Shown here piece by piece: positions 46,299 to 57,823 of a stretch of 64,000 bases of DNA (positions are counted from its first letter, which is position 1; each line of letters starts with the position of its first letter). Origin of the DNA: Trypanosoma brucei (lineage: Eukaryota); contig CP000068.1 of assembly GCA_000002445.1 (NCBI GenBank), positions 480,001 to 544,000 of the forward strand. The letters run 5' to 3'. The position numbers and the translations under genes were made by a program. Under the pieces are notes generated by a model that worked only from the letters and a program-made list of their open reading frames with translations, ran no database searches and was not told the origin of the DNA.

Positions 46299-47090
46299 GG
46301 AGTGGGAGTGGAGTGGTGAACTTCTTCGCGGACTTATCATTTTGTTTCGCATGCATTTCCCTTTCTTCATGACTTTTCCTTCTTATTCTTCTTGCGTGCG
46401 TGTTTGTGTTTGTGTTTTTGTGACATACCATTGTGTGCCATCTCTTCTTCTTTTTCTTCACCATCAATTTCTTTTTCCCAGTGGGGGAGGAGTAGGAGGA
46501 GGATAACTCAAGGGAAATTGCGGGATCTTTTACTTTGGTCTCTTTCCATCTCTAATTCTACCTTTGCGTGCGTGACCACTGGGTTTTTTTTTCGTGCGAG
46601 TTCGTGTGCGTGTTTGCACTGTTCCCATGATGGCATTGCAGTATGTGTTGTACTTGCCGAGGGTTGTTATTTTCCTCCACAGCATTGTTGAATCGGTTCC
46701 TCTTTTTTTTTTCTTTCTTTCTTTTTTATGTTTTTAACAACAGTGTCATGCGCACCAAATAGGTGTGCACGTGCGCTTCAAATCACATTGGCAAAGTATA
46801 TTTTGTTTGTGCCGCTCATCCCAACGTTCGTCACCCGCTTCAACACGTGCATTTATAAGTGCCCCCTTTTCTTATTATGTCGGTTCTGCTTACTGTCTAT
46901 ATTTATATCTCTCTTCTTTTTTTTTCCTCTCTCTCTCTCTTTCTGTGTGTGTGTGTTTGCGTGTGTCTGTTTGTTTCCATCGCTTCTTTACTGTGCGGCT
47001 GGCACTTTTATTGTCCCCATTTCATTTCATTTCATTTCATTCCCTTTTCTTTTAATATATATATATATATATTGTTCTGGTGTTCAAGTC

Positions 47091-48137
47091 ATGTTAACTT
47101 CCACTGCTTATGGCATGGAGCTCCAAGCGCGTGCTATTGCACCGTTTTACCACTCCTCAAATAACAGCAGCAGTACTCATCGGTTCGTTGCCGGAACGGC
47201 ATGCTTCGCTGGTGGGAATGTTATCCGATTGCTCACCTTCCAGGAGGAGTCGCAACTACTGGAGTGTACGGCAACGTGGTCTCATGAGGAAGAGATTTTT
47301 GGTCTGTGGAGTTCTCCATCGGTTGCCGGCCCCAGTCTTTTGGCTGTGGGGGCTTCTTCTTATTGCCGCATCTTTCGCGTGTCGGATGATGTCTCTGGTG
47401 AGTTGGAGCCTGTTGTTAATTTTAATGCGGCTGCTGCGCAAGTTCTTTGGGACCTGGAGGGGCTGCAGAATGAGGTGAAGTTAATCTCTGAGGACTCCCT
47501 TCGTATTTATTCTCTTACTGAAGGTAAGATGGGGGAAGAAATTGGCCGCTTCCGCGTTGACGGTTGTGCGGAGCTGCGGTGTGCTGCATTGGACCCGCAT
47601 CACTCCTCTGTGTGTCTTGCTGCGGGTGAGGGAATTGGAATCGCTGTTATAGATACACGGAGAAAAGGGCCAATTGTAATGCCAAACACCACCACGCTCC
47701 ATGGTTTAGGAATGATACAAAGTATCGATTTCAGTAATGCTCGCGAGGGCCTTTTCATGACGGCAGGAACCGATGGAGTTATCATGTGGCATGATTTTCG
47801 CATGGATGGGGAAAAGAGCGTGGTTGAAAGGAGGGGATACTTGGACGCACATGATCACTGTGTGCAACGGTCGTTGTTTAATCCTTTCCACGACGAGTTG
47901 TTGATTTCTTGTGGATCGGATCATACGCTAAAGCTGTGGGACACCTCGAAGAAAGGGGCTGACGGCGAATGTGCCGTATGTGTGTCAAAACTCTCTGACT
48001 TTGCGGAGTCTGTAGTGGCTTGTTGTTGGAGCAATTCTAATCCATGGGTATTTGCTGGATTGTCTTACAATGGTAGGGTCCTTGTAGATAGTGTACCTGA
48101 AGAGTGTAAAATGCAATTTATTGGAAAGGAGGGTTGA
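47091..48137 (+). CDS. WD40-repeat protein
   Basis: The track ORF 46728-48137 has a 120-aa N-terminal part that is low-complexity translation of CT/GT/TA repeats and a T-rich spacer. The first plausible ATG is 47091 (MLTSTAYGMELQ...). WD-like strands end in GVIMWHDFRMDG and ISCGSDHTLKLWDTS. The start choice is uncertain; 47118 is also possible. Confidence 0.6.
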   Translation: MLTSTAYGMELQARAIAPFYHSSNNSSSTHRFVAGTACFAGGNVIRLLTFQEESQLLECTATWSHEEEIFGLWSSPSVAGPSLLAVGASSYCRIFRVSDDVSGELEPVVNFNAAAAQVLWDLEGLQNEVKLISEDSLRIYSLTEGKMGEEIGRFRVDGCAELRCAALDPHHSSVCLAAGEGIGIAVIDTRRKGPIVMPNTTTLHGLGMIQSIDFSNAREGLFMTAGTDGVIMWHDFRMDGEKSVVERRGYLDAHDHCVQRSLFNPFHDELLISCGSDHTLKLWDTSKKGADGECAVCVSKLSDFAESVVACCWSNSNPWVFAGLSYNGRVLVDSVPEECKMQFIGKEG

Positions 48138-48936
48138 GAGGTAAACTCCCTTTTGATTCCTTTCCTTTATACGTGCTTCGCCGTTACTGAAACCTATCGA
48201 CGGCGGTGTGTACACGCCTGTGTGTGTGTGTGTGTGTGTGTGTCTGCTAAGATCCTTGGCACTGCTAGTGACGACATTTGTTGGTTTTATCAGTGGAAAT
48301 TTGTCTTCTTGCTATCGTTACCATCGCTGCTCTTCTTTCACCTGTCGCCACTGTTTTTTTCCCCCTCTTGCCGGCACCCGTTTTCCAACTCGAATGCAAA
48401 AGGGTGTGGTGGTGGTGGTGCAGCATAGGTGATTGGGCGCCAGCCGGGGCGTAAGGGCGTTACAGGCAATTTTTTTGTGCCTTTTGTTTCCCCTTTCTTT
48501 TCCTGACATATGTGGTGGTTCACGCGTTACGATGCCCAGTAGAAAGGAAAATGGAATGGTAGTACTGCCTGCTCTTGTCTAACGATTCTATGTGTGTATA
48601 TATATATATTCTTCTTGGCATTCTCCTTTCGCCCCTTTCCCGTTTTCTCTGTTTTCCCGTTTACGGTGCGAAACAACCGAACACATCATCACTTTATATG
48701 TATTAAGAGGGGAAAAGGAAGAAAGATTTGACATAGAACTGAGTTATCTTGACAGGTATTCACCCCTTCGGCCGACGAAGGGAAGTAGAAAGAGGCGTAC
48801 AAATAAGAGCAGCAACCTCTACCTTGGAGGTGGGATTGATAAGGGAGGTGACGGCTTCCCATCCTTTATTGCCATTATAATCCTCTTTCATCTAACAAGT
48901 TACTTCCCGCTGTAGTTTATCTATCTAACAGTCGTT

Positions 48937-51900
48937 ATGCCCCCTAAGCTACGACAACATTTTCACCAGAAGGCTGCCGCCGCCGCCGCCGCCGCGGAAG
49001 TGGAATCAGGGATTGCTGGTGTTGAGGAAACTCTCCGACGCCTTGGGTTAGTTGGGGGTGCGGATAAAGCGGGTCGCAACTCAACGAGAGCGAAGGACTC
49101 TGAGGAGTACCTGGCATCCATCAGAAAGGCAAAAGAAGAGGCTGCCAGGCTTCTGCGTGAAAGAGAATGCAGACAGTATGCCGTGGAGGAACAAAAGCGA
49201 GAGGACGAAGTTACACTCTCCGGTAATGATAGGGAGAAGGCGCTGCAAAGTGTTATTGAGGAGGCACGCTTTATTTTAGAGGAGGAGAAGCGAAAGGCGA
49301 TGGAGTCTGTTACAAGGCAGCTTGGAAAGTCTGATGATCGTGTCATTAGGGCAAAGGAACTCAGAGCCGCGTTGGCTGTGCGTGATCGGGAAGTGATGTT
49401 GATGGAAGGTGTACATAGTCCCGCGGTATGTGGAGAATCAAAAGATAGCATGGTTGTACCAGATGTGAAGGAGCGGAGAAGGGCATTAAAAGCCGCTGCC
49501 GCAAGAGAGTACTGTAACATCATTGCCAACGGAATTGTTGAGTTGGCGATTCGGGTCTTTGACAACATGTACACTCCCATAGTCTACAACAACATTCCTT
49601 TGCGTCGATTTCCACAGGATCTCGGTGTGACGAAGTGGCGAGCATGGGTGGAAGAGTTAATTTTCTCCAAGACAGGAGCCAAACCTTTGAGCGATCTTCT
49701 TGCCACGACAAGTCTTCGGGAGCTGCGTAATACAAACTACAGGGCTGTGAAGAATTTGGTGGGGGCGGCGGAATCTGCGAATGATGTGAGCCAGTCCGTT
49801 GAGTTTGACTGCAGGGAGACTGTTGATGGCAGGGATGCAACGGAAACCTTTGACGGAAATGCCTTTGATGCGGAAACTGTTATGAGGAAGGTTACGGAAT
49901 TGCAGTGTAGGCATAGATCGGGACTTATCGCCAAAAGCGTGCAGGAAGCCACTCTCCTCCTCCGATGTGAAGAAGAGAAGGAACTTGAAGCCCAACTAGA
50001 TGATATCCGTCGAACACACGAGGGGGACGCTGCAGAGGAGACAGTGCCCGGATGGACACACAAACTACCGCCGGTGGGTTGTTTTTTGTTCGGTGATGAG
50101 TTAAGTGGACTCAAGCAAATGGCGGAGGCGCTATATAGTGATGTCCCACTGGAAGCAACGGTCTTGTCGGGCAAACAGCGCACAAGCAACTCGCAACTGG
50201 CAGATGTGACAAGGAATACGTTCGACTGGGATACCACCAGTGGTGACTGTATGGCGCATCGGGTTATTTTGGCGTCTCAGCTTATTCGAGGGCATCAAAT
50301 GCACTCCGGTCAGGGAGGATCCGGCTCTGCGTCAACCAGCGGCGCAAAGGTGTATAAAGGCGCGGGTGCGTCGAGCACCGGAACTAGTCGACTGAAGGAT
50401 GTTAAACAAGCCGAAGACTTTGTGGAGTCCAAACAGTACATCGACGCCCTTTGCGAAGCTCTTGTGAAGGAGCTCGTTGCGGTGTACCAATACAATATTA
50501 TGCTCGTCCTACGTCCCTCTGCTGATGCCTCTGAGGGTGTGACGGAGGCGCCTCCGATGATGCGTTTGCTGTTTCTAGTCGGCTTTCCAGACACAGAGGT
50601 GTTTTTACGCACTCTGCACCAACGACTTCATCTGGCCCTTGAGGTACTTGAACACGAAGTTACACGAATGCTTAGAGAGGAGGAGTGCGGCGATGAATGT
50701 GGGTCTGTTACACTGTTGGCTAGCAAGCACCCCATGCGCCAGACGTTATCCACTACCGCGTCCTCTACCCGCAAAAAGGGGAGCCGGCTCTGTTTGTCCC
50801 CATCGACGAGGAGGTGTGGCAACTCTAGGTCATCAGTTATTGAAGCTGAGGAGACACCTCCACCACGGCTGCGTGTGTTCCCGCCATTGTGTCTAGTGGG
50901 GGTATTTCTGCAATATGACATTCCCTCCCGCTACAGGCGGATGCGGCATGCGAGGAACCGCTCCACACTGACCATGTCTGAGATCCTTAGTCAAACTCCA
51001 TCTCCCCTTCTTTCGCAACCTTTTTCAGGCCCAACCCCGCCACAACATGGGGAAGAGGATACCGGCGATTCTTTTGCGGAGTGGCCAGTGTGGCGATTGC
51101 GAATGGAACTCATTCAACAAGACCGGAAGATGCGTCAATCCTGGAAGACGTGGTGTGCGCGCGTGTCTAAGGCTGGTTTATCTCACATTTCTGAGGGAGA
51201 ACGAACCCCGCATGTGGAGAAGGTAAAAAGGCGGGGACGTTCGTCCGTAACACATGGAAAATCTAACGAGAATGTAAGTTCAAACATAAGCCAAACTCCT
51301 ATCCCGCCAGGACTTGCGGTGCCGAAGGTTCTCTTCTTCGAACGGAGGGAAAACCTTCCCGAGAACACAGAACATGGGGATCTCGTACTGTACCTTATTT
51401 TGAACCTAAAATATGAACTGAGGCCCATTGCTAACGTTCTTGCTAATAAGTCCCTAATACCAGGGCAACTGGCTTCTCCATTGAAGCTCAGTGACTACCG
51501 ATTACCGTTGACCGTGCTTGCTCAGCTGGTGGAGGTTCACGACCGATTCCATGCTCGTTGGAATGACTTAATGGCTCTTACCCCCCAGGTGGTGCAGGAT
51601 TCAGTGTTGACTGGGTCATCAACACGGGTGCAAAGCAGGTGTGCGACCGATGAAGGCAACGACGGGGAGGGGCCCCCGAGGTGGGAGACCGCAATAGCTC
51701 TCGAAGCCGAAATGCATCGCGTCTTTCATGTAATTTTATCGGATTTGTTGGATTTTCTGACGGATGAGGTTTTTCCACCATCTCTTTGGGGTGGGAGAAC
51801 CGATTCGATCCCCCCCGTCACCCCGACTAATGTATCCTCTGGCGATAGACTCAGTCGTACTTTGCACTTCATGACTTTAGATGATAATTATGGCGTTTCG

Positions 51901-54192
51901 CGCGAGGCACTGTATGGCTTAATGTCCGAGGGATTAACCAAGCTTGACACTGTTAGTGCCTTGTTACTTCGTCAGGTTCTCGAAGTTGCGTTGGCAGATG
52001 TGGGGGAAGCGCTTTCTGGTCTCTGCGCGTGGGCCCATAGTCACATGCTGTCCGCTCCGCGGATTCCCGCAGAAAAGGGGAATACAACACCCAGTCCAGG
52101 GAGCCCAACGTTTTCACCTGTCCGCAATCATTCTCTTCCGAGCAACTTTTCAACCTATGATTTTGTAAAGAGAGACTTTCTTCGCGCCGCCCCACGTATT
52201 GAATTTGATGAGATACTGCATGCCGTGCAGCAATTAGATGGTAGAGCCGAGGCGGTCGAGAATTTTCAGTATTTCATGTGGGCATATTCGTCGCGTGTTC
52301 ACGAGACGGCGCTGTCGTGTTTGTTGGACTCTATAGATGGTATTAGCAAGAGGTTAAGCGTTGAGGTCTCTAACAGTTGGGATGTTACGGCTCCCCGAGT
52401 TATTCGTCAATTGTTGTCCGAGCTGTTTGCTGTTCCGCCACTGGAAGGGAATGATGGATTTGAAGGTGGCGCAGCGGAAGAAAGGCGCTGCGATACTGTT
52501 TATACCCCTACTCAGAATAATGTACTTCCTGTAGACTCACCATCGCCGCCGTCGCCTCCCGCAATCTCAGTGTCTGTGGGGCGTTTGGTGGCAGCCATCG
52601 CATTACTGCGCCGCTGCTGCATGACATCTGCAATGTGTGCGGCCCGTTGGGTGGATGACATGTACGCGGCGTCACTTAGAATTCCACCTAATGGTAGGTT
52701 TCCATCCGCGTGTCGCCCGTCTGACGTTGCGGGCATCTTCCTACCGCCTGTTGCGGCTCAGGAGGAGATTGCCTCGCGGTCGTCACTGGCAGTGCAGTTG
52801 ATGGAACAGTTGGTCCCAACGTTCAGCATCGACTCGGTGAAAGATCGGAACTGCTGGGAAGAGACTGGAGTTGAGTTAGTTTTGCAAAACTTTTCCATGT
52901 ACCAAAAGGGCACTGTGAACGAAGATGAGTTCACCCACTGTGTTCTTCAGGCGCAGCTCAACTGCATTTGGAAACTGCTACCCGAGGGGTTGCATACGAT
53001 CGCCAGGGACATTGGTTTTACCCTTCCCTTCGCGCCAAAGGATTGTAGCGGTGAGTCGGCGCATATTAAAGGTGTGTCGGACTCCATGTTCTCATGGATG
53101 AGGCTCAGGCACTGCAAGGGTGTAGCTGAGACGCCCGTGCTAACTGGAGAGGATTGCGCTCGCATCTTCCGCAATGCGGTTCGCTGCCAGAAGTATGTTT
53201 TACTTCAGATGGAGTACTCCTCGAGGGCACGACGGACTACACTTTCATCCACCGTCACCCAGAGTGGCATGATGGCGCGGTGGTGTAAAAGACCCGTGCT
53301 TCATCTGCAGCAGTTTCTCGTGGATCTTCTCTTTCGTCAGCCCTATCCTTCCGGCGCATCCAGTGCCGACTACACGAAGGAGTGTAGCCTGGTGAACGAA
53401 CCTTCCACCAAGGAGTTGCGTGAGATGGTGCAGTCGTTCCCCCCAGAGTTGCGGGAACAAGGACCTGATCAGGTGGACGGCACTGCATCTATAACAATGG
53501 AGGCCTGGCACCGCATCAAGTGGTGGCATTTTTCCACGAATGCTTCCAAGGCAAGTTGGGAAGACTTCTTGAAGTGCTACCTTTTTCGTGTTCTTACCGT
53601 TTCGTTTGAACTCAAGAATGGCGTCCTGTGCTCACGTCTGTTGCCGCGCCTTCCAGACTTGTTGTCTGCCATCGCGCGCACACGGGGGGCTCAGGCGACT
53701 GTGGAGCGCTATTATCATGCCCTTGTTGCGCTGGACGCTGCACGGACGAAGAAACTGCGTCATTCCCAGTTGGTAGAAACGCCACTGCTGGCCGAAGCGG
53801 GACAAAATCATGCATATACATTAGCCTCCATAAAGGGTTCATTGTTGGCCCTCTCTCCGCTATCGGTGTTTGATCTCACGTTGTCGGTGAAGGAGGCTTT
53901 GTACTTTTTTCGACCGGCGTTCGACAGCTGCGCTCCAGGTTGGAGTGCGGCGACACAGGGCAATGCTGAATCGACTTCGCCGTATCGTTCCGTGCGTGGC
54001 AGGTATTCACTTGGTGGTGAAGGGAACAGCAAGATCAGCGAGGATGAGGAAAGTAGTGGCGAGTATACCATTTCCCTCGAGGAGGACCTCATCCTTCTGC
54101 TGGAGATTGAAGGCCGCACAGCACTGTCTTTGCCCCTACTGAGTTCCTCACACTGGGGGCGGCACGTATTGCCACGTCTGACGGTCATTTAA
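48937..54192 (+). CDS. large hypothetical protein (1751 aa), kinetoplastid-type, no recognised domain
   Basis: Uninterrupted 5.25-kb ATG-initiated ORF with uniform coding composition. The N-terminal Ala9 run is encoded by (GCC)n. Antisense ORFs inside it are short and low-complexity. Confidence 0.75.
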   Translation: MPPKLRQHFHQKAAAAAAAAEVESGIAGVEETLRRLGLVGGADKAGRNSTRAKDSEEYLASIRKAKEEAARLLRERECRQYAVEEQKREDEVTLSGNDREKALQSVIEEARFILEEEKRKAMESVTRQLGKSDDRVIRAKELRAALAVRDREVMLMEGVHSPAVCGESKDSMVVPDVKERRRALKAAAAREYCNIIANGIVELAIRVFDNMYTPIVYNNIPLRRFPQDLGVTKWRAWVEELIFSKTGAKPLSDLLATTSLRELRNTNYRAVKNLVGAAESANDVSQSVEFDCRETVDGRDATETFDGNAFDAETVMRKVTELQCRHRSGLIAKSVQEATLLLRCEEEKELEAQLDDIRRTHEGDAAEETVPGWTHKLPPVGCFLFGDELSGLKQMAEALYSDVPLEATVLSGKQRTSNSQLADVTRNTFDWDTTSGDCMAHRVILASQLIRGHQMHSGQGGSGSASTSGAKVYKGAGASSTGTSRLKDVKQAEDFVESKQYIDALCEALVKELVAVYQYNIMLVLRPSADASEGVTEAPPMMRLLFLVGFPDTEVFLRTLHQRLHLALEVLEHEVTRMLREEECGDECGSVTLLASKHPMRQTLSTTASSTRKKGSRLCLSPSTRRCGNSRSSVIEAEETPPPRLRVFPPLCLVGVFLQYDIPSRYRRMRHARNRSTLTMSEILSQTPSPLLSQPFSGPTPPQHGEEDTGDSFAEWPVWRLRMELIQQDRKMRQSWKTWCARVSKAGLSHISEGERTPHVEKVKRRGRSSVTHGKSNENVSSNISQTPIPPGLAVPKVLFFERRENLPENTEHGDLVLYLILNLKYELRPIANVLANKSLIPGQLASPLKLSDYRLPLTVLAQLVEVHDRFHARWNDLMALTPQVVQDSVLTGSSTRVQSRCATDEGNDGEGPPRWETAIALEAEMHRVFHVILSDLLDFLTDEVFPPSLWGGRTDSIPPVTPTNVSSGDRLSRTLHFMTLDDNYGVSREALYGLMSEGLTKLDTVSALLLRQVLEVALADVGEALSGLCAWAHSHMLSAPRIPAEKGNTTPSPGSPTFSPVRNHSLPSNFSTYDFVKRDFLRAAPRIEFDEILHAVQQLDGRAEAVENFQYFMWAYSSRVHETALSCLLDSIDGISKRLSVEVSNSWDVTAPRVIRQLLSELFAVPPLEGNDGFEGGAAEERRCDTVYTPTQNNVLPVDSPSPPSPPAISVSVGRLVAAIALLRRCCMTSAMCAARWVDDMYAASLRIPPNGRFPSACRPSDVAGIFLPPVAAQEEIASRSSLAVQLMEQLVPTFSIDSVKDRNCWEETGVELVLQNFSMYQKGTVNEDEFTHCVLQAQLNCIWKLLPEGLHTIARDIGFTLPFAPKDCSGESAHIKGVSDSMFSWMRLRHCKGVAETPVLTGEDCARIFRNAVRCQKYVLLQMEYSSRARRTTLSSTVTQSGMMARWCKRPVLHLQQFLVDLLFRQPYPSGASSADYTKECSLVNEPSTKELREMVQSFPPELREQGPDQVDGTASITMEAWHRIKWWHFSTNASKASWEDFLKCYLFRVLTVSFELKNGVLCSRLLPRLPDLLSAIARTRGAQATVERYYHALVALDAARTKKLRHSQLVETPLLAEAGQNHAYTLASIKGSLLALSPLSVFDLTLSVKEALYFFRPAFDSCAPGWSAATQGNAESTSPYRSVRGRYSLGGEGNSKISEDEESSGEYTISLEEDLILLLEIEGRTALSLPLLSSSHWGRHVLPRLTVI

Positions 54193-55064
54193 TGAGATGG
54201 CATCTGCCACACATGTGTGTTTTTGTATGTGTTTGACGCTACACTCTATTTGTGTTTTCATTTTTTAATTTATTGGGTGCCCTGTCGCTTTGGGTTGCGG
54301 TACAGGCGATTTTTATGTACGCCTATTGTGTGCAACTGCGTGAAGGTGGTGTCTGAGTGGTTAAATACGGAGTTGGTGTGGTAACAGAATATGTTTGTCC
54401 AATACATGTTCCTTTTCTTTTACCTCTGTGTGCATATTTTTGTTATATATATATATATATATAACTTGTTGGTGCACATACGTGTAGACACGGTGTGATT
54501 TCTTTGTGTGTATGTGTGTGTGTGTGTGGGGGGGGTGTATATGGTATGTACAGGTTTGAATTCATTCATTCATTACTTAGATCTTCATGTGATTGCTCGC
54601 GTGCCGTCTACACAAGAGCTTCGCTGTTACTCTTGTAATAACCGTCACTTTTTTTTTGGTTCACTACACCTGGCATTTTCGTCACTCCCCCGATTCTACT
54701 TTCATTTTTTTTTGTTATCTCTCGGTTCTTTTTTTTTGTTTCCTTTTTTCTTTTTCGCCCTCCATTGCTGTGAAGTTTCTTACTATTCCCCCCAGCGCAC
54801 TTGCGAAGCGGGACGCGGAGGGGTGTGTGAGGGGTAATACGGAATATACTGGGGCAGAGGTGTGTGTGTATCAAAAACAAAGAAGCCATCATCTAGATTT
54901 ACAAAGGTAGCGGCAAGAAGGGAGAGAGAGTGAAGGGAAGGGAAGGGAAGGGAAGGGGAGAGGGAGTGCACGTATAAAAGTGGAAACGTAAATAAAATCC
55001 CCTGATCAGATACGGCAACAGGTTTTTTTTCTTCGGTGTGGTTGTACAGTGAAGCGGGGAAAAG

Positions 55065-56453
55065 ATGGAGAGCTACAAGGATGTGATTCTGAGCCAACCG
55101 CCGGCAATGTACCAGCGACTGCCCCAGCCTTCTAATGTCGCCGTAGAAAACTACAAGGGCATTCTTTTATGTGCCTGCCCTGTAAATATTCCCAATGGCG
55201 CCTCCATGGAGCTTCGGGGGAACAATGCCACTGCCCCGACCGGCCCCGTATTCGTACCGGCTGGTGGGTCCAACACGCCACTGGGCTTAGGGCCCTCTGC
55301 GGAGGAGCGCGCAACAATGGAGCGGAACCACCGCCAGCGTGTAGAAAACCTGAAGTCGCAGCGTGCCAATGTCTGCGCAGTCGTTTCACAGCATAAGCGC
55401 TGGCTTCGCAGCTTCGCTAAGCAGATGCGACAAATGAAGGAGGAGGAAGTGGTGCGTGAGGTTGAGCGCGCCCGACGTGTGGACCAGATGAGGCGCAAGT
55501 GGGCACAGAAGGCAAGCGAAGCAACTGCGCAAGAGCAACAAGAGCGCGGTGCAGCGTTGGATGCCGATAGAGGGGGACAAGGGGGCCAACAGCAGCAACA
55601 GCAACAGCAAAGACTCAGTGAAGGAGCAATGGGGAATGTACCTTCAGCACCTGAAGCAAAAGAAAAGAAAAAGGTAGGGAAGAAAAAGAAGAAGCCCAAG
55701 TGGGCCCTCACAGAGGATGAAGCCTTGGAAGATGAGATTGCGGAGGCGGACGACCTGCTTGAGTTCGCAAAGAACCTCGACTATGACAAATTCATCAGTG
55801 ATTACGAGGTGGCTGGCGCTCTTGCCATCATGCGGGACAGGGTGGAGGAACTCACACGCGAGAATAATTGGACGAAGGAATCCGTGGAACGGGCGGCTAA
55901 AGAGAACGCCGACGACGAAGATGAGCATGAATGTGATTATGAAGGAGAAGCTGAGAAGAAGGGTGCATACGATGCAGAGGCGCGTGGCCAAAGGAGGAAG
56001 GAACTCCAACAGCAGCTGTCGAGCACAGCTGTGGCGCGTAAGGCGGCTCCAGCGCAGGTGGCGGCTCATGATAAGGAATGGAGCAATTCAACCTCGATTG
56101 CTGGTGCTTTACGGCGTGCAATCATGCGCGACGCCTTACAGCTTGCGGAGCGTATTCTCGCGTCTTCTGAATCAATGCAACGGATTCACACAAAGTTCAG
56201 TTTGGCTCGCATTCTGCAGTACTGTGCCGTGTGCGGCGAGGATCCGCGAGAGGCAATGCAAAAACCGTCCATTGGTGGGAAGAAAGGACTTGAGAAGGAG
56301 CCACAAATTGTAAAATTACACCCCGATGCCACTGGACTGGAGACTGAAACTAGTGATGGTCAAGGGGGTCAGCGGCGCGTCCTTTTGGATCTTCAGCGCT
56401 CTAAGGAAAGGACTCAGGGGTTGCCGTATTTGTATCGTTGCCCTGCCATATGA
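55065..56453 (+). CDS. hypothetical protein, K/E/Q-rich charged central region
   Basis: 462-aa ATG-initiated ORF. It contains a Q9 run and a KEKKKVGKKKKKPK basic patch, flanked by structured-looking N- and C-terminal regions. No recognised domain. Confidence 0.6.
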   Translation: MESYKDVILSQPPAMYQRLPQPSNVAVENYKGILLCACPVNIPNGASMELRGNNATAPTGPVFVPAGGSNTPLGLGPSAEERATMERNHRQRVENLKSQRANVCAVVSQHKRWLRSFAKQMRQMKEEEVVREVERARRVDQMRRKWAQKASEATAQEQQERGAALDADRGGQGGQQQQQQQQRLSEGAMGNVPSAPEAKEKKKVGKKKKKPKWALTEDEALEDEIAEADDLLEFAKNLDYDKFISDYEVAGALAIMRDRVEELTRENNWTKESVERAAKENADDEDEHECDYEGEAEKKGAYDAEARGQRRKELQQQLSSTAVARKAAPAQVAAHDKEWSNSTSIAGALRRAIMRDALQLAERILASSESMQRIHTKFSLARILQYCAVCGEDPREAMQKPSIGGKKGLEKEPQIVKLHPDATGLETETSDGQGGQRRVLLDLQRSKERTQGLPYLYRCPAI

Positions 56454-57823
56454 TGGACTTTTCCGATTATTAACTATTTTTACGCATCGTTGTGACGGAC
56501 TTGTTGAGGCGGTGGCTTCCGTGGTTGGACCACTGTGCGGATAAATTTCCGTAACTCAGCTCTTATAGTCTCCGGTTTCCCGTTTTTCCACAACCGATTT
56601 GCGTCGGTTGTGTCTCTTAGTGGTGTAGTCGAAATGTGGGGTCCTTCTCGTTTTGTTTCACGCACCTTCAATTTTTTGTTTGTTAGAGGTTTCTTGTGCC
56701 TGCTTTTTTTTTTTCCTTTGCCAGAGCTTAGGGAAACTAAAAGTATGGAGAAAAACAATTGGGTGGCTCGAGGCAGAAGGAAGAAGTGAAGAAAAGGAAA
56801 AGGAAGAGGGGAGATGTGCAGGGAGCTGCATACACACACGCACGTATATAACAATATACTCTTATATGTGTTAACAGGGCCATCGGGCTAGTGATAGTTG
56901 ATGCTGTTAGTGTTTGTCGTGTGCTGCATGAAATACGTCAACAATATGAGGATGTTGTCGGTTAATTTAGATAAAACGTGTGTGTAGTTGCCTCAGAGAG
57001 TTGGGGTGGTGGTGGTTGTGGCGGTGATGCTGCTGTGTGAATAGGAGGAGAGTAGGGGTAGCGGTGGAAGTTGAGGAACCCATGTATATTTTTTTTTGTT
57101 CATGTATTAAGACAGCGGTTTCCATTCTTGTAATTGAAGCACCTACGGGGAAAAAAAGAAAAAAAAAGGAAAGATTGTGTAGGGAACAAAAAGTCTTTGA
57201 GAAGTTGGAGACATTTTCACCCTTACTCTTTTTTTTTCTCTGGGGAGGTTTCCCGTATCACTCTTTGGGAGCCTTTGTCGTTTTTTTATAAAAAAAAATT
57301 GGTGTGCATATATGTGTGTTGGGGGCAGGAGGGGATGAGTTGGCTGCTCCTTCACACGTATAATCTCAACGTCTCCCTTTTTCTTTTGTTGCCTTGGCTT
57401 CCTTTTGTGTTTCAGTTGCTGTGAAGTTGTACCATTGACTGTTGTGCTTTCAGTAGACTAAAGCAGGCTTCATCTTCGGTTGTTGTCAAAGGCTTACTTC
57501 TTCCCCCTTATTTTACACACATTTTTTACATGTGCTCAAGAAACTTGGTGTGCTTTCGCATTTTTCCTTTTTTTTTTTTTTAAATGGTCTCCTCTTGTCG
57601 TTCATTTATTCAGTGCACATGCACTTAAAGTATTGAGTGCTGAGCTACCTGTTTTCGTCCATCCCTCGTCCTTGTTTCTTTTCTTTTTCCTTCGCCCCCT
57701 GTTTATTATGGATAGCGTCGTGGTAACGTGAACAGCGGCAGCAAACGGCAGAAGGGAAAAGAGATAAATATATATATATATATATATTTTTTTTTGTTTT
57801 TCAAAAAGAAAGAGTAGAAGAGA

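Noticed and set aside
46728-47090. 120-aa N-terminal extension of the WD40 ORF in the track
   Set aside because: This is translation of a T-rich spacer containing (CT)n, (GT)n, (CATTT)n and (TA)n. It gives an F/L/C-rich peptide with no ATG-initiated coding signal, so I trimmed to ATG 47091.
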